In this document: one piece after another, positions 14,527 through 27,680 of the stretch
How positions within the stretch are numbered: position 1 is the first letter of the stretch
Layout: each line of letters opens with the position of its first letter
From: Azolla caroliniana
Taxonomy: Eukaryota; Plantae; Polypodiophyta
Assembly (NCBI GenBank): GCA_043228905.1
Contig: JBHGNT010000004.1
Coordinates: forward strand, 5,642,001 to 5,706,000
Direction of reading: 5' to 3'
Length of the DNA: 64,000 nucleotides
The notes under the pieces: model-generated
The model's input: only the letters and a program-made list of their open reading frames with translations
What the model was told of the DNA's origin: nothing
The model's database searches: none
Made by a program: the position numbers and the translations under genes

Positions 14527-14974
14527 TATCGGCCATCATTCTTTTCCATGCGTGCGCTCCTATGATCCCTCTGTCTGCAGGTTTTCATTTGTAGTTTTTT
14601 CCAGATATTAAAGAAGAGGGTAACAAGATACAACTGTACATCTTGTTGATGTAAATTGATGATATGGGGAAGAAAGAGGATTCTGCTTGCAATGTCGTAG
14701 GGACCTGCCGAGCATAGAACAAGGTAAGTCTTCTTCATTAGTTATCCTTAACCCGAAGAGTTATTCTCGCTGTAAAACACAAATTATGAGGTGGTCTATT
14801 GGTTCTGGCCTTTGCATTGTAAGACACACGTTATCTGTTCAGACTCCTGCTCCTGCTGCTGCCCTCCTATTACGTGAATGACAAGTAACTTTGAAAGAGT
14901 AGACATTGTGACACTCATATGGAAGATCATTTCCTTCACCACATACTGTTTTGTCTTTGTATTGTTCCTCTTCC

Positions 14975-15056
14975 TGAAGACCAGACAAGACAGGGGTGGG
15001 AATTGAACTCTTGACTTGTGGCTCATAGGCAAAGGCCCAATCCACTAGACGAAACT
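14975..15056 (-). mobile_element. tRNA-derived SINE-like head
   Basis: Minus strand AGTTTCGTCTAGTGGA (box A-like) ... GAGTTCAATTCCC (box B) at tRNA spacing. Confidence 0.5.
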
Positions 15057-17344
15057 AACTCACTGAGCCCTTCAAGGAGACAAAAAGAACATGTGAAAAA
15101 ACAGCACACCATACCATTCATTAGTTACCTTGTTTTTACAGTGCCTAAGCATTTTTGATGGTTGATACAGGAATTTTATGGCCCGGACGCTGCCCGCCTG
15201 TATATAGCTCTAACCCATATAAGTGTGTATTGTATTGGAATGGATTGTGAGTGTGCAATCCATTGCCTTTGTATGCTACTCTTACTACTGGTAATATATT
15301 TGTTGATTCTAAAAGCTGTTTCTAGTGCTTCTCACCATCTGGAACTGAACCTTATGTGCTAGGGTTTTTTAGGCGTTTAGTTCATGATCTTCTCAATCAT
15401 ATAAATTCAATGCAATTTGAACACAGCTTGCATTCAGTGCTGCACATTAATGTGAATGCGTAAAAAACAAACTCACATCTATTTTTTGCGTTTTCTTACT
15501 TGATACAAACCATATAGTGAAATGAGAGCTGGCACACTCTAGGTTGAACCTAATCTTCACCCCGTTTATTGATTGTTTGTATTGTACTTGTGCTTTCTCC
15601 GACTTCTTCATATGAATTTGTTGGGAAGCATATATAATCATACCTTAATGAAGTCCATTAATAGTTTATTTGACTGAAGTCCGTTGAAGTCCACATCGTT
15701 TAGATGGATGCAAAAAGCTAAGGTTCTAGGCTTGTTGACTACCCCAAATTTGCATTTCAGCATCTAGAGCTAATGATTCTCTTGTAAATACCGATGATTG
15801 TTCGCCTCCAATGGTATGTGTGGTGACTTAAGATTCTAGGGTGGTTCACTAATCCGGCATTGCATTTGTCATCTAGAGCTCTCAATTCTCTTGTAAATCC
15901 CAAGGTTGTTTCTCTCCAATTTGTATTTGTGTTGAAGTTGAACAAATTTTTGTTCCTAATGATAAAGGCCTCCCCCTCAAAATGGTTCTTCAATCATATG
16001 CCCTCTACTTCATGTGATTATTATTAAAATGCTTCTTCGACATATGCTACATATGTTGGAGCAACATGAAACAATCTTTATGGTAGTGTGTAGAAAAAGG
16101 ATCTTTTTGTTGTATTATGAATTTTTATATATTTTCTCCAGTCCAAGATGAATTTAGGTTCTACACTTCTACCCTCCTTACATATAAATGGGATATTGCA
16201 TGAAGGCCCAAGAGAAGTGGATTTGACTGAGCATGTTCTATTACATGCAAGAAAGCTTGTTGACAATAGGCCTTGTCACATCTGTGTTAATCAAGGGGGA
16301 CTTCCAAACTAATGAAAAAATTCACTGAAAATATCCTTCTTTGGTATAATGTAATCTCCACAGGCTACACTTAATGTATCACAGAAATAATGAATCTCAT
16401 CATATGGCTATAAATGTTAACAAATAACACTTTTTTGTAGGGACCAATGTTTGTTCACATTTTAAAATAATGAAGGTTCAACTTTTTGATGAAAATGAAA
16501 GCAAGTTGAGCATATTACATTGAAAATCATGTCTAAAGACAAAATAAAACTTATGTCATGGAGCTTTGCATCATTACAATGGGACAATAATGTGTGGATA
16601 TCCAATAATCAGGGTATTTTTTGAGCCATGGTAAAGGAAATAAACTCTCTGATGGGATACTAATGATACGTTTGAAGTATGCCATATTACCGGGCTCTAT
16701 GTGTACATTCTTTGGCAGCAAGTAGTGGACATACATATTTTTCATATAAAATAGTCACGATTGATGCTTCTTTAATTAGTCAAGTTACATTACAGTTTTC
16801 AAATGATTCATAATTCTATATTGGTTGAGGATATAAGAATCTAAGATATAGATGTATTTTCGTGTCAAATCAATGTGTATTAGTAGGTGGTTGATGTAAA
16901 AGTGCCTTAACCAAATGCAACAAAGTTACAAACAATAGAAAATAACCAGCTTTTGGAAAAAAAAAAGTACTATGAAACAAAAGCAAGTAGGAAACGCCAA
17001 GGTGAGTAATTCCTTGTGGATAATCCAACGTGGAAGACGAGCTTCATCTTATAGGCATAGAAAAATACTTCTATTCATATCAAACCTTGAAATTTGTGGA
17101 TACATTATTTCCAATAAATGTTGGTCAAATGACAAACAAAATTGGAAAGTCGTATTCTCTCACTTCATCTTACTAATGATCAAAACATTACTAAATTATT
17201 ACTTGTAGATGTAATATTTAATAATGCACTCTCTTAACCATTTAAGGATCACTCTACTACTAAAATCACATGCTAGACTTCCTACTTGATGAATGGCCAC
17301 AATGTGGGAGCTTTGGGTGAATTGCAACAATTTTTTATGTGCTC

Positions 17345-17570
17345 GAGCGTTGAGTGAGCTGCAATACCTTCTTTATCCCATTTGACTCGAGCCATTTCAC
17401 TACCACTAGCTGTTTTGTTATTTGTACCTTAATACACTTATCACTAGTCCTCCCAATGGACTCCATAACCATTTTCATAGTCCTTCGAAAGACAACTCTA
17501 TTTTTTAAATGTGAAGCAATGTGTTCCTCTAGAATATTTGGTGCCCTATATACTTGAATAATGTTATTCG
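17345..17570 (-). pseudogene. rps3: Degraded organelle-type (probably plastid) rps3 fragment (NUPT)
   Basis: YRAPNILEEHIASHLKNRVVFRRTMK...IKVQI, then after a frameshift GSEMARVKWDKEG. Resembles S3 ILAEYIALQLKNRVSFRR..GIKIQIAGRLNGAEIARVEW.REG. Confidence 0.65.
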
Positions 17571-19287
17571 AAGTAATTAAAATTTTCACGGAGCATGAAG
17601 GACCTTTGTGATGTGCACTACACAAGGGGTGCGCTTAAGCTTGACTAGGAAAATAGGGAAAAAGAGAAGATGGTCAAAAGAGGTGGAGAAATCTCACGAG
17701 AAAGGATGTCGAAGGGGAGGTATATACAAAGAGAAGAATTCACTATTGATTAGTGAATTTGGAAAGTCAAAAGGAGAAAAACACATGGTTTTGCACTCTT
17801 GTGAAGTAGTGGTTGTGTTGTCTCAAGGTGTGCACCATCTATTGATCCATGAAGTTCTACCTCCTCGTTGATACTATGAGGCAATGGAGTGTCGTATACC
17901 CAATTGGTAGCGAACCAAGCAAGAGTGGTTATTAATCGCTCTTGAGGTGCGTTTCACAACCATAACCTCACCAACTCTCAATCATACTTCTTTGCGTTAA
18001 CTCTTAATTAAGAAAACTAATTAAACCTTAAATAAAGCTTGGAAGCTGAACATACATACATTGATGTAAAGACAACGACATAAATATTAATGTCTAGCCC
18101 GCCTCTATTAATATAGGAGTCTGCACCACACATATAAGAGGGACTAATTAAGGTATAATTACTTAGTGTTTAACCCTAATAATTCTACAAATTAAAGTGC
18201 AAAATCCGGACTAGTTGAGCTGGAGTGGTCAAATGGATGATGAGCCGGCGAGTAGTGAAGACTCGGCCGTGCACTCCCTACACAAGGAATCGAGGAGACG
18301 GTTCACGCGCAATGAAAAGGGGACATTGGTAGAGATGAGTCGGAGCGGAGCGAATCCGACTCTAGACAAAACAGCGACGGACCTTTGGAAGAGATGTTCG
18401 CGTCGGCCAAGAGGGCCGCGAAATCGGTGAATTAGGAATTGCGCCAATCCACCCGTTAGAAAAACCTCGTGAAGAGGTACAGGTACAATGAGTATATGAC
18501 GCATCATTATGTGTACATGGTGAAGGTGGTCGCCGTGCGTGAGTCGGAGAGCTACGTAGAAGCGGCTAAGGATCCGAACTGGCAGAAGGCCATAGAGGAA
18601 GAGATGCACGTGCTCACGGAGAATGAGACGTGGGACTTGGTGGATGTACCGACATGAGTGATGCCAATCGGTTGCCGATGGGTATACAAAGTCAAATACA
18701 ACACTGATGGCTCCGTTAACCGGTATAAGGCCCAGTTAGTGGCCAAAGGCTACGTGCAGTAGCACGTCATCAATTATGATGAGACGTTCGCGCCGGTTGC
18801 AAAGATGACCGTTCGCGTCTTGCTTGCGGTGGCAACGACAAAGGGGTGGCATCTACATCAAATGGATGTAAAAAATGCGTTCCTACAAGGTGATCTTGAG
18901 GAACAAATATACATGGTTCAGTTCCTTGGATTTCAGTCCGGAATGAACACGTCGGTCATTTGCCAACTAAAGAAGTCCCTTTACGGACTAAAGCAAGCCC
19001 TGTGTGCATGGAATGCGAAGATCACGCAACAACTGTGTCAGATGGGGTTTTCCGCATCAAAGTCGGATTCTCCACTCTTCATCCGGCAAGGTCAGAACGC
19101 GCTGGTTAGTATTATACTTTATGTTGATGATTTAGTCATCGCCGACGCCGACTTGGACGAAATCGACCACATCAAGTCCGACCTCGTGGCATTGTTTGAC
19201 ATGAAGGATCTTGGGGACCTTCATTACTTCCTCAGGATCGAAGCGATCCGCACCCCGGAAGGCATACTGAATAGTCAATGGCATTAT

Positions 19288-19630
19288 TGTAGAGATTTTG
19301 ACACAGGATACAAGATTATGGCAAACGGGAATTATGGAATAACTTGGAAAGCAATAAGAAATTGATTAACAAAATAGGCCAGTAAATACAACAACTAAGA
19401 GTGATGGATAAAAGAAGCAAGGATGCAGAGAGCACACCCAACAGGTTCCCCAACTTCCTCTTCATATAACAGAGGAAGTGGAGGGAAAAATGAGGTAAGC
19501 TTTTTGAAATACAACTAATATGAAAAACTGTTTTCTTTTACTAATAATAACTTGGGCTGTGGGGTTATATTTAGTAATTAACTAAGTAGTTGCTCACTGA
19601 CAACTAATTAGTTAATTATAACTTCTAACA
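19288..19630 (-). repeat. 3' LTR of Copia B
   Basis: Direct repeat of 27339-27680, about 17 substitutions plus 1 indel by eye. Confidence 0.95.
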
Positions 19631-22600
19631 ACCCCCCTTAACACCAACACCACACTTGAGGCCAATGTTTTGACAACATGACTAGTGTTTGAGAGAAGGG
19701 ACTGGTTTTGTCAAAAAATCAGCCCACATGGTAAGAGTGGGAGTATAACTAATATGCAAGACACCATTTTCAGATAATTCACACAAGAAATGATATTGAG
19801 CTTGAATATGCTTATTTTGATCAATGATTTTAGGATTCCGTGAAAGCTTTATGCATGATTGGTTATCACACCAAAGTTGAAATTCGGTTATGTGGATGAT
19901 GTCGAGTTTCGAAAACATTGATTGTAGCCAAAGTTCCTTAGCCACCAAAGTAGCCGCAATATATTTTGCTTCGGTGGAGGATAGTGCCACGATAGCTTGT
20001 TTCTTGGTTCTCCATGTAATGGCACCACCAGCAAAAGCGAAAACAAACCCAAATGTAGACCGAGATGTGTCCTTGTCACCCCCCCCAATCCGCATATGTC
20101 CATCCTTGAAGAACCACCATGTCTCGTTTAGAGGAAGGAGATAAGGCTTTATAGGTTAGTGTCATATCTCTTGAATATTTCAAGTAGCGGAGGACACGTT
20201 TCAAAGCTTCCCAATGACGAGGTCTAGGGTTCTCCATAAACCTAGATAAGAATCCTGTAGAATAGGATAGGTTTGGCCTAGTGCAGCTCACCAAGTATCT
20301 TAAACTCCCTAGAATATGGCAGTAGGGTATACTTTGCATGAAGGATTCCGTCTTCATTTGTAGAGATAGAGTCAGAGGTGGAGAGATGACAAGGGACTGG
20401 GAGGGGAGTGGCAATTGGAGAACAAGTCATCATATCATATTTATGCAAGATATTGTCAACTAGTTTGCATTGAGATACCGATAGAGTGCCAAGACTTTGA
20501 TTCCGGTTGACCTCCAGTCCAAGGAAATATTCTGGTTCACCAAGATGTTTGGTGCGAAAAGTTTGTTGTAAGTCGTTGACAAATTGAAGAATGTCGGCCT
20601 TAGAGGTGCCAACAATAGGAAGGTCATCCACATAGACACCCAAAAGAAGAAAATTGCGATCTTTCTTTCGAACATACAAAGTTGGCTTGGACTATAATTG
20701 AACAAAACTATTTGTGAGAAGAAATCTATGAAGTTTTGCATACCATTTCTTGGGAGAATGCTTTAAACCATATAATGGTTTGTGCAATTTGCAGACATTG
20801 TTGGGACGTAATTTGTCCTTCAAGAGTTATGGTTGCTCCATGTAGATTTCTTCCTTCAAATCTCCATGGAAGAAAGCTGTCTCAATATCAACATGATGCA
20901 ATTCTAAATTTAAGCAGGCAGTGATTGCAAAAAAAAGACGGAGAGAGGTGAGTTTGAGTGTAGGAGAAAAAGTCTCATGATAATCCACACACCGGGAATT
21001 TGAGTAAAACCCCTTGCAACAAGTTGTGCCTTAAAGTGAATATTCCCGTGGGCATCATATTTCTTTGTAAACAACCACTTACAACATACCACATTTGAGT
21101 TAGGTGGCTTTTGAACAACTATCCATGTGTGATTCTTGTATAATGCATCGGCCTCAACTTGTATTGCATCCAACCATTTGTCTTTTTCTGGACTTTGTAG
21201 AACCTGTCTTAGTGTAAGTATGGGAACAAATGCAACAGTATCATTTGTAACACATGAATGTAATGTAGAAACATCTGAATCTACAATAGATATGAAGCAA
21301 TTCTCTATCATATTTGTAGCATCATAGATTTCGTGTAGAGATCAAGTTTTCCATTTCTTTGTCTGATCTTGTGTTGATGTTGCTATCGATCGTGAGCAAG
21401 GTGGTGAGTTTGCCCAAGCATGTACTGCCTGCTTCCCAAGCATGAATCCCTTCCCATGTGGTCTTGTACTCGTTGCGATTCTTTGAGCATCCTTAATTGT
21501 TGTATCTTCTTCGGCACCATAAGGTTGTAATACTTGTATAGATGCTCCTCCATCCATATGTAAGGTTCCTGATGATGATTTACCTTCATCAAATAACCGG
21601 TCTTCATAAAATTTAACAGATCTACTATATACCACCTTACCAGTCTGTGAGTTGTAGATTTTGTATGCTTTCATGCCATTGGAGTCACCATATCCAATGA
21701 ATCTTCCTTTGAAAGATCGATCATCTAGTTTGGATTTGTGGTGCTCATGGACATACACATATGCAACTGCACCAAATACTCTAAGATGAGAAACATTAGG
21801 TGGATATCCATACCATAATGTAAAAGGGATTGCATTTCTTAATGCACTGTGTGAAAATCTGTTTTGCAGGTAGCAAGCAGTGGAGATTGCCTCCTCCCAA
21901 AAGTGTTGCTCCATGTGGCTAGTTTTCAGCATGCAATGAGTTGCATTAAGCAAGGTTCTATTTTTTCTTTCTGCCACACCATTTTGTTGTGGTGTGTAGG
22001 GGAATGTTTTCTAGTGAAGTATACCATTTTCTTGACAAAACTTCTCCCATTCATCAGAGATATACTCCCCTCCATTGTCGTTGCGAAGTATCTTGATGGT
22101 GATTGATGTTTGTTTTTTTGCATATTTTTTATACTTGCAGAATGCTGCAAATGCTTGATTTTTTTTCTTAATAAAGCTTACTAATGTGAATCTGGTAGTA
22201 TGATCTATGAAAGAAATGAAATACCTTGCACCAGATAAGGATGGTATCGGGAATGGTCCACATAGATCTATATGGACGAGTTGAAGTAGACGCTCTGTCG
22301 TTGTACAAATGTCCGTAATTGGTTGGTGTGTCATTTTCCAAATAGACAGCTTTCACACATGAAATCTGAATTGAAGATTTTGGATGGCAATCCTTGAACT
22401 CTTTTTAGTTGTTGGCATTGTTGTAGTGCTTGATAGTGTACATGCCCAAGCCGACAATGCCATGATTTAGTTAGTGAAGATATTTTCTTGTGATGTATTT
22501 GCAAGATTGCTGAGAATACATTTGGAGGATGACTTCGTATTGGATATAAGTGCTTCTCCTTAGGACTCACCAACTGTGTAGTTGTGTTTCCATTTTTGAA

Positions 22601-23205
22601 AAATAGAATTGTTTTCTCTTTACAGAATTGTATTATTAGTCCATCTACAATTGCTTGTCCAACTGATAACACGTGCTTAGCTAGTCCTGGTACATAATAG
22701 ACATTTGGGACTATAATCTTGTGATTACCTAACAATCTGAGTTGAATGCTTCCTTTGCCGATTGCCGTTTTCCGTCCGTTGTCTCCAAAAGTAACTGATA
22801 GTGGATTGGACCGAACCTGATAGCAATTTAACTAGTCCTTCCGATTGTGAGGTGATGTGTAGCTCCAGTGTCTAGGTACCATGTATCATGTTTAGTTTTT
22901 GTCTCTTTTGCAGTGACATGGTATGCTTGCAAAATATTGTCATCTTCTAGTATTTCATCTAAATCTCCAAATTCTGTGTATTCTTCTGACTTCGAGTTTG
23001 ATTTTTCTTCTAATGTTGCATTATTTGCTTGTGATTATCTTTTTTATTCCACAACTTGTTTGAATTGACACACCCTTTCTGTATGCCCTTCTTTCTTATA
23101 GTATCTGCAAATAAATTTGAAACCACCATTGGACTGTTTTGTTGAAGCTTTCCAAGCATCATTTACCTTGCTAGTACTTGATATTTCTGCACTTCTGTAA
23201 GCATT

Positions 23206-26200
23206 TGTTACTCCAAGGCTGGACTAGCCACTAACACAGGTGTCCTTCCGGATCACTTCACCAAAGGGGTGGTTGTGGTAAGGATTTCCGACTCCAATAG
23301 GCTTCAACCAGTTAACGTCTAGTGGAGATCCGACTCACAACACACAGTGTTACACGCGTAAGATCAACACATTAAACATAGGATAGAATAAAGATCAGAT
23401 AGACAATAATAACACGCTCTTATATTAATGTTCCGTCGTTCATACAATGATATCCGGATCCTTTTATAAGCATCCGGTCTGTGCTACAAAACGGTGCCTA
23501 ATCGACAATCGGCTATGAGTCCGTTCGGATCCAAATCAGCATACCTCTTCCGGATCCGTCTATTCCTAACATAATTCTTAGTTATTTAATTATATTTCTA
23601 GGAACCAGCTCGCCTCTTCCTCCGTTCGTACTTGGCCGCCATTGGCCAACACATGGCACGCCCGTGGGACAATACATTGTACGTCGAACCCACGGGTTAG
23701 CTCCACTATTCTTCATCAAGTATGTCCAGAATGCTCTGGTCAAGAGGTTTGAGGGGTTCCTCGCTTTGCCGCTCTTGCTCCGGCGCTTGCTGATGTGGCT
23801 CCTGCCTTCCTTCCTTCCTGCTGCGGCTATTGCGTCTTCTCTAGCTTCATCTGTTCTCAGCTTCGCTCTTGCCGCTTCCGGCTGCTCCTGTTCGACTTCT
23901 GATGGCTATTCTGGTACGGTCTCTCCTGGTTGATCCATTCTAGCTTCATGTGGCTGCATTTCTCTGGCTCCGGCTGGATTTGGTGGTTGCTTCGGAGATT
24001 GCTCTCCATCACTTATGTTGATTGTCGTTTTCCTTTGCGACGCCTCCTGCCGTCTATGCTCCCGTTCGAATCGCTCGAATTGGAGTTGAGTTCAGAGCTG
24101 GTCATCATCTAATTGTTCCACTAACCGTCTTACAACCGCTAGTTGTTCTCCTGCCAGGGACAAAAAATTGTCCGATGTAACTCTTCCCGGATGGTTACAA
24201 TACTCTCCGCATCCATCTTATAGAAGTTGTCACTGTCCTTTCTCCAGTTATCAGCATCCACTCACAGATTCTGTAATTCCGCCGCCTGTTGTGCCCATTT
24301 TGACCACCATTGCACCGAGCTTTCATCAATTATACTCTTTGTCCTTGCTTTCCATGCTACCACAATGGCGCGGATCTGGTCGAGCCCAATCTTGGATTTG
24401 TCCTCCGCGGCATGCTTTTCCTCTTTTAACTTCTTTATCAGGCCCACGGTTGCCTGTGGTTGCACCCCATATTCCAGCAATTGAGTATGATAAGTTGTCT
24501 GAACCCTATTCAGAGCCAAATTTGCTCGTTCCATCTCTTCATAGTGCTGTCCGGTGAGCACCGTCCTTTCCCTTGCTGCTTCCTCTAGCAGCTTTGCCGA
24601 CTCAACTGCCTTAGTTCGTTCTTCCGCTAACGCCTCTGTTTTCTTGGTTACCTCATTCCGGAGTTCTCTAATCTTCTCTTGTGGCTAGCCACATTCCGCC
24701 ATCAACTTCTTGTGCTCCGCTCCACATCGAAGTGCTTGTGATCCCGATGCAGTCTTTCAAAGTCCTCGATCTTCTGATTTAACCTCTGGTTGATTTGACT
24801 TCTTGCTCGGTCTTCTTTGTCTTTCTGTTGTCGGAGGTCTTCTTTCAGTTGTTCAATCTCTCCTTCTGCCATCAGGCGCAACTTGTCTTTCTCTTGTAGC
24901 AGTTTGTCTTTTTCCTCTTTTAACTAGTCGTTGGCTGTCTGAGTCTTTTGAAGGTTTTCTTCTATTTTCCGCTTCTCCTCCTCCGTTGTCTTCTTTTGCT
25001 CCCTTTCTCTGGTTCACAAGGCCTCCTGAGCTGCTAACTCCTCCCTTAGGGTGGAGAGTTCCTGCTCTCGTGCATTATTGCTTTCTGGTTCTATAGAAGC
25101 CACCGATTCAGTGCTTGTTTGTAAATTAACCGGTGCCACCGGTTTTGATATAGTTGGCCTGGTAAAGACGTCCCTGGCCGTGTTTGCCTTGGCCTTCTCT
25201 AGGTCTTCCTCCAAGCTCCCGATTCGTGTCCGGGCCTTCTCCAATTCCTCGGTGGTGATGAACAACCGGTCCCATTGCACATTTTCTTCTTCTTCTATTC
25301 GGCTCACCACCCCAGCCACCTACTCTCTGATTCAACGCGGCCATTCACTACCGGTGCCTTGTTGTCTCGCCGGTTCCGGTTGTGGTGCCGGCTTTGGTCT
25401 CGCCTCAAACCTTTGTTGTACTGTTGGCTCTGACAACAATTCCTATTCTTGCTGCACCTGTCGACGTGGTGAGATGTGTAGTTTTGTCACCGGTTCTGGT
25501 ATAACCAGTGCCACCGCTTCTAGCCGAACAAGCCCGGTCTCCTGCCTTGGCTCTCGTCCCTTGGCGCGGGGAGTTGGTGTGCTGTCCTTGTCCGAATCCG
25601 ATCTGTCCCCATGCTCCTCCGCGTCGCGTCTTCGCTGGTGCCGTTGGAGATTGTCGGCGGGTTCTTCGTCCAACTCCTCCTCCTGGGTTTCAATGTTAAT
25701 CTTTTGAGCCAAGGTGGGTGGCTCTTGCACTTGCTGGCACAGTTTTATTTTTAGGGGCTTCACTGATAGCTTCGTCGGTGCCTCCTTCTCCGCCTGCTAT
25801 TTCCGGCTTGGTTTTTCCTTTTTCGCCTGTGTTGACGGTTCCTGTTCCTTTTGTGCCGATCTTCCCTCTAACCATCCCGGAGTGTGCTTGGCGAGGAGTT
25901 GTTGCCGCTTAGATGGCTTGGTGAGCGTTGTTTTCGTTGTTTGAGCCCACTTCCTGTCTTTTATGGCTAATACCGGGGGTGCGAGAAGGGTGAGCCACTT
26001 CGCTACCACGGTCCAGACCTTCTTTCCATCCACAATCGATTGGATGACCGCTCGCAATGAATCAGCAGTGATCACCGGCCAATCCACTCGAATCCCATCG
26101 TGGTCACCAAAAAGTGTTGTATGTTTTAGGGTTAGGGTTAATACTTATGATAATGATAAAGATAGGAATAGGGTTTACAATGATGGTAGATTGATAATGA

Positions 26201-26557
26201 AGATGTGTGTTGATGACAGATTGATGACAAATATTACGAGGTGATAGCGAGATTGATAAGCATTGCGGGGTGGGGGGTGGTGCCTAGAATGGCTCCACCC
26301 CCCTCCCAAGGGGTTTCAACGTAAGGGAAGAGAGAGAGAGAAAGAGAGATGACAAGAGAGAGAGAGAGAGATTCTGAGAGAACTATTTCTTTATTCTTCA
26401 TTCATTCCCCCTCAGATATTCACACCAATCACTCACTCACACCTCCTCGTATCCGTACACATACGTAAGTACTCACACTCACAATTACATTTACACATAC
26501 ACATAAATGACATTATAACATTCCATCCTCGCTCTCCGTACATCTCGTACGGTAACA
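23206..26557. mobile_element. Insertion C: 3.35-kb non-autonomous LTR-type element in Copia B gag, with a degenerate coiled-coil ORF on minus
   Basis: Termini TGTTAC...GTAACA. Flanks GCATT/ACATC both derive from GCATC by one transition; removing the insert plus 5 bp restores the gag frame (RYRAKSD-AYRSAEISS). Minus-strand ORF pieces 26087-~23700 are E/K/R-rich. tRNA-complementary sites at 23654 (+) and 26109 (-). Confidence 0.75.
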
Positions 26558-27338
26558 ACATCTGATTTAGCTCTATATCTATTATTATAAGATGATTTTT
26601 GTGTTTTGCTAAAAGATGCAGTCATTGCCAAAGACAGAGTGGATTCTTTAAATTGTCATCAAAGTTTTTCATGGCGGATCTTGGTAATCAAATTAGACAA
26701 AGAAATACCGTGGCTATTCATGGTGACAAATGTGCTCCAAGATTCTGGAAATTTACTCAATAGCAGCCCAATCTTCATTTCTTCTGAGATTTTGTTTCAC
26801 ACAATGGTGGCTTCTTCGAGATATGTCTCCCAGGTTTCCAAGAAGGTAAGAACATCTTCTTCTTCCTGCAAAACACACATGTGAAACAGGGTAGCAAGAG
26901 TATGGATTCTAGTAGTTACACCATCTTGTGGTTCAAACATTTATTTTAGTTTGGACCACATTTCTGCTGTAGTTGTGAGTTTTCGAATGGCATTAGCTTG
27001 CTTGTCTTCTACATGTAGCATTATTTCAAGCTTTGCCCGTTTGTCTTTGTTTTTCCAATCTTTCCATGCTTCTGATTGTGTATTTTTCGGTGCTTGACAA
27101 GTTCCGGTAGTGACTTGAAGTAGCTCTTCTAGATCAAGTAGTAACTCCACCCTTGGTTTCCAAATTCTGTAGTTCTTTCTAGTAAGTTTATCTACCGAGT
27201 ATTTCCTTGTCTGAGTGGAGCTTGCCATAATGCTAAGGTGGTTGTCTTTTTGCTATGTATATATATATTTGAACAACAAAAGTAGTGTATGGAGCGGGTG
27301 ATATTTCTAAGCTTCGTACTACTGGCGCTCTGGTACCA

Positions 27339-27680
27339 TGTAGGATTTTGACATAGGATACAAGATTATGGCAACTAGGAATTATGGAATAACTTGGAAA
27401 GCAATAAGAAATTGATTAACAAAACAAGCCAATAAATATAACAACTAAGAGTAATGGATAAAAGATGCAAGGATGCAAAGAGCACACCCAACAAGTTCCC
27501 CAACTTCCTCTTTATATAGCAGAGGGAGTGGAGGGAAAAATTAGGTAAGCTTTTTGAAATACAACTAATATGAAAAACTGTTTTCTTTTACTAATAATAA
27601 CTTGGGGTGTGGGGTTATATTTAGTAATTAACTAAGTAGTTGCTCACTGACAACTAATTAGTTAATTATAACTTCTAACA
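27339..27680 (-). repeat. 5' LTR of Copia B
   Basis: Direct repeat of 19288-19630, adjacent to the PBS. Confidence 0.95.

Larger units (their letters stand above)
19288..27680 (-). mobile_element. Ty1/Copia LTR retrotransposon B, full length, degenerate gag-pol
   Basis: Two ~342-bp TG..CA LTRs (19288-19630, 27339-27680). Perfect 5-bp TSD ATTAT (19283-19287, 27681-27685). PBS TGGTACCAGAGC (tRNA-iMet type) at 27327-27338 on minus; PPT AAGGGGGGT at 19631-19639. Gag starts MASSTQTRKY (27228); integrase (LQLVHIDLCGP, AERKNRTL), RT (YVDDL) and RNase H (MWADFLTKP) are broken by stops and frameshifts. Confidence 0.96.

Noticed and set aside
14975-15056. Functional tRNA gene
   Set aside because: Box A/B-like motifs are present but no convincing acceptor or anticodon stems; treated as SINE-like.
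25051-25707. 218-aa plus-strand ORF, and similar ORFs at 30970-31573, 36376-36816 and 50443-51105
   Set aside because: Antisense or alternate-frame shadows of TE or host coding sequence, with no independent motifs.
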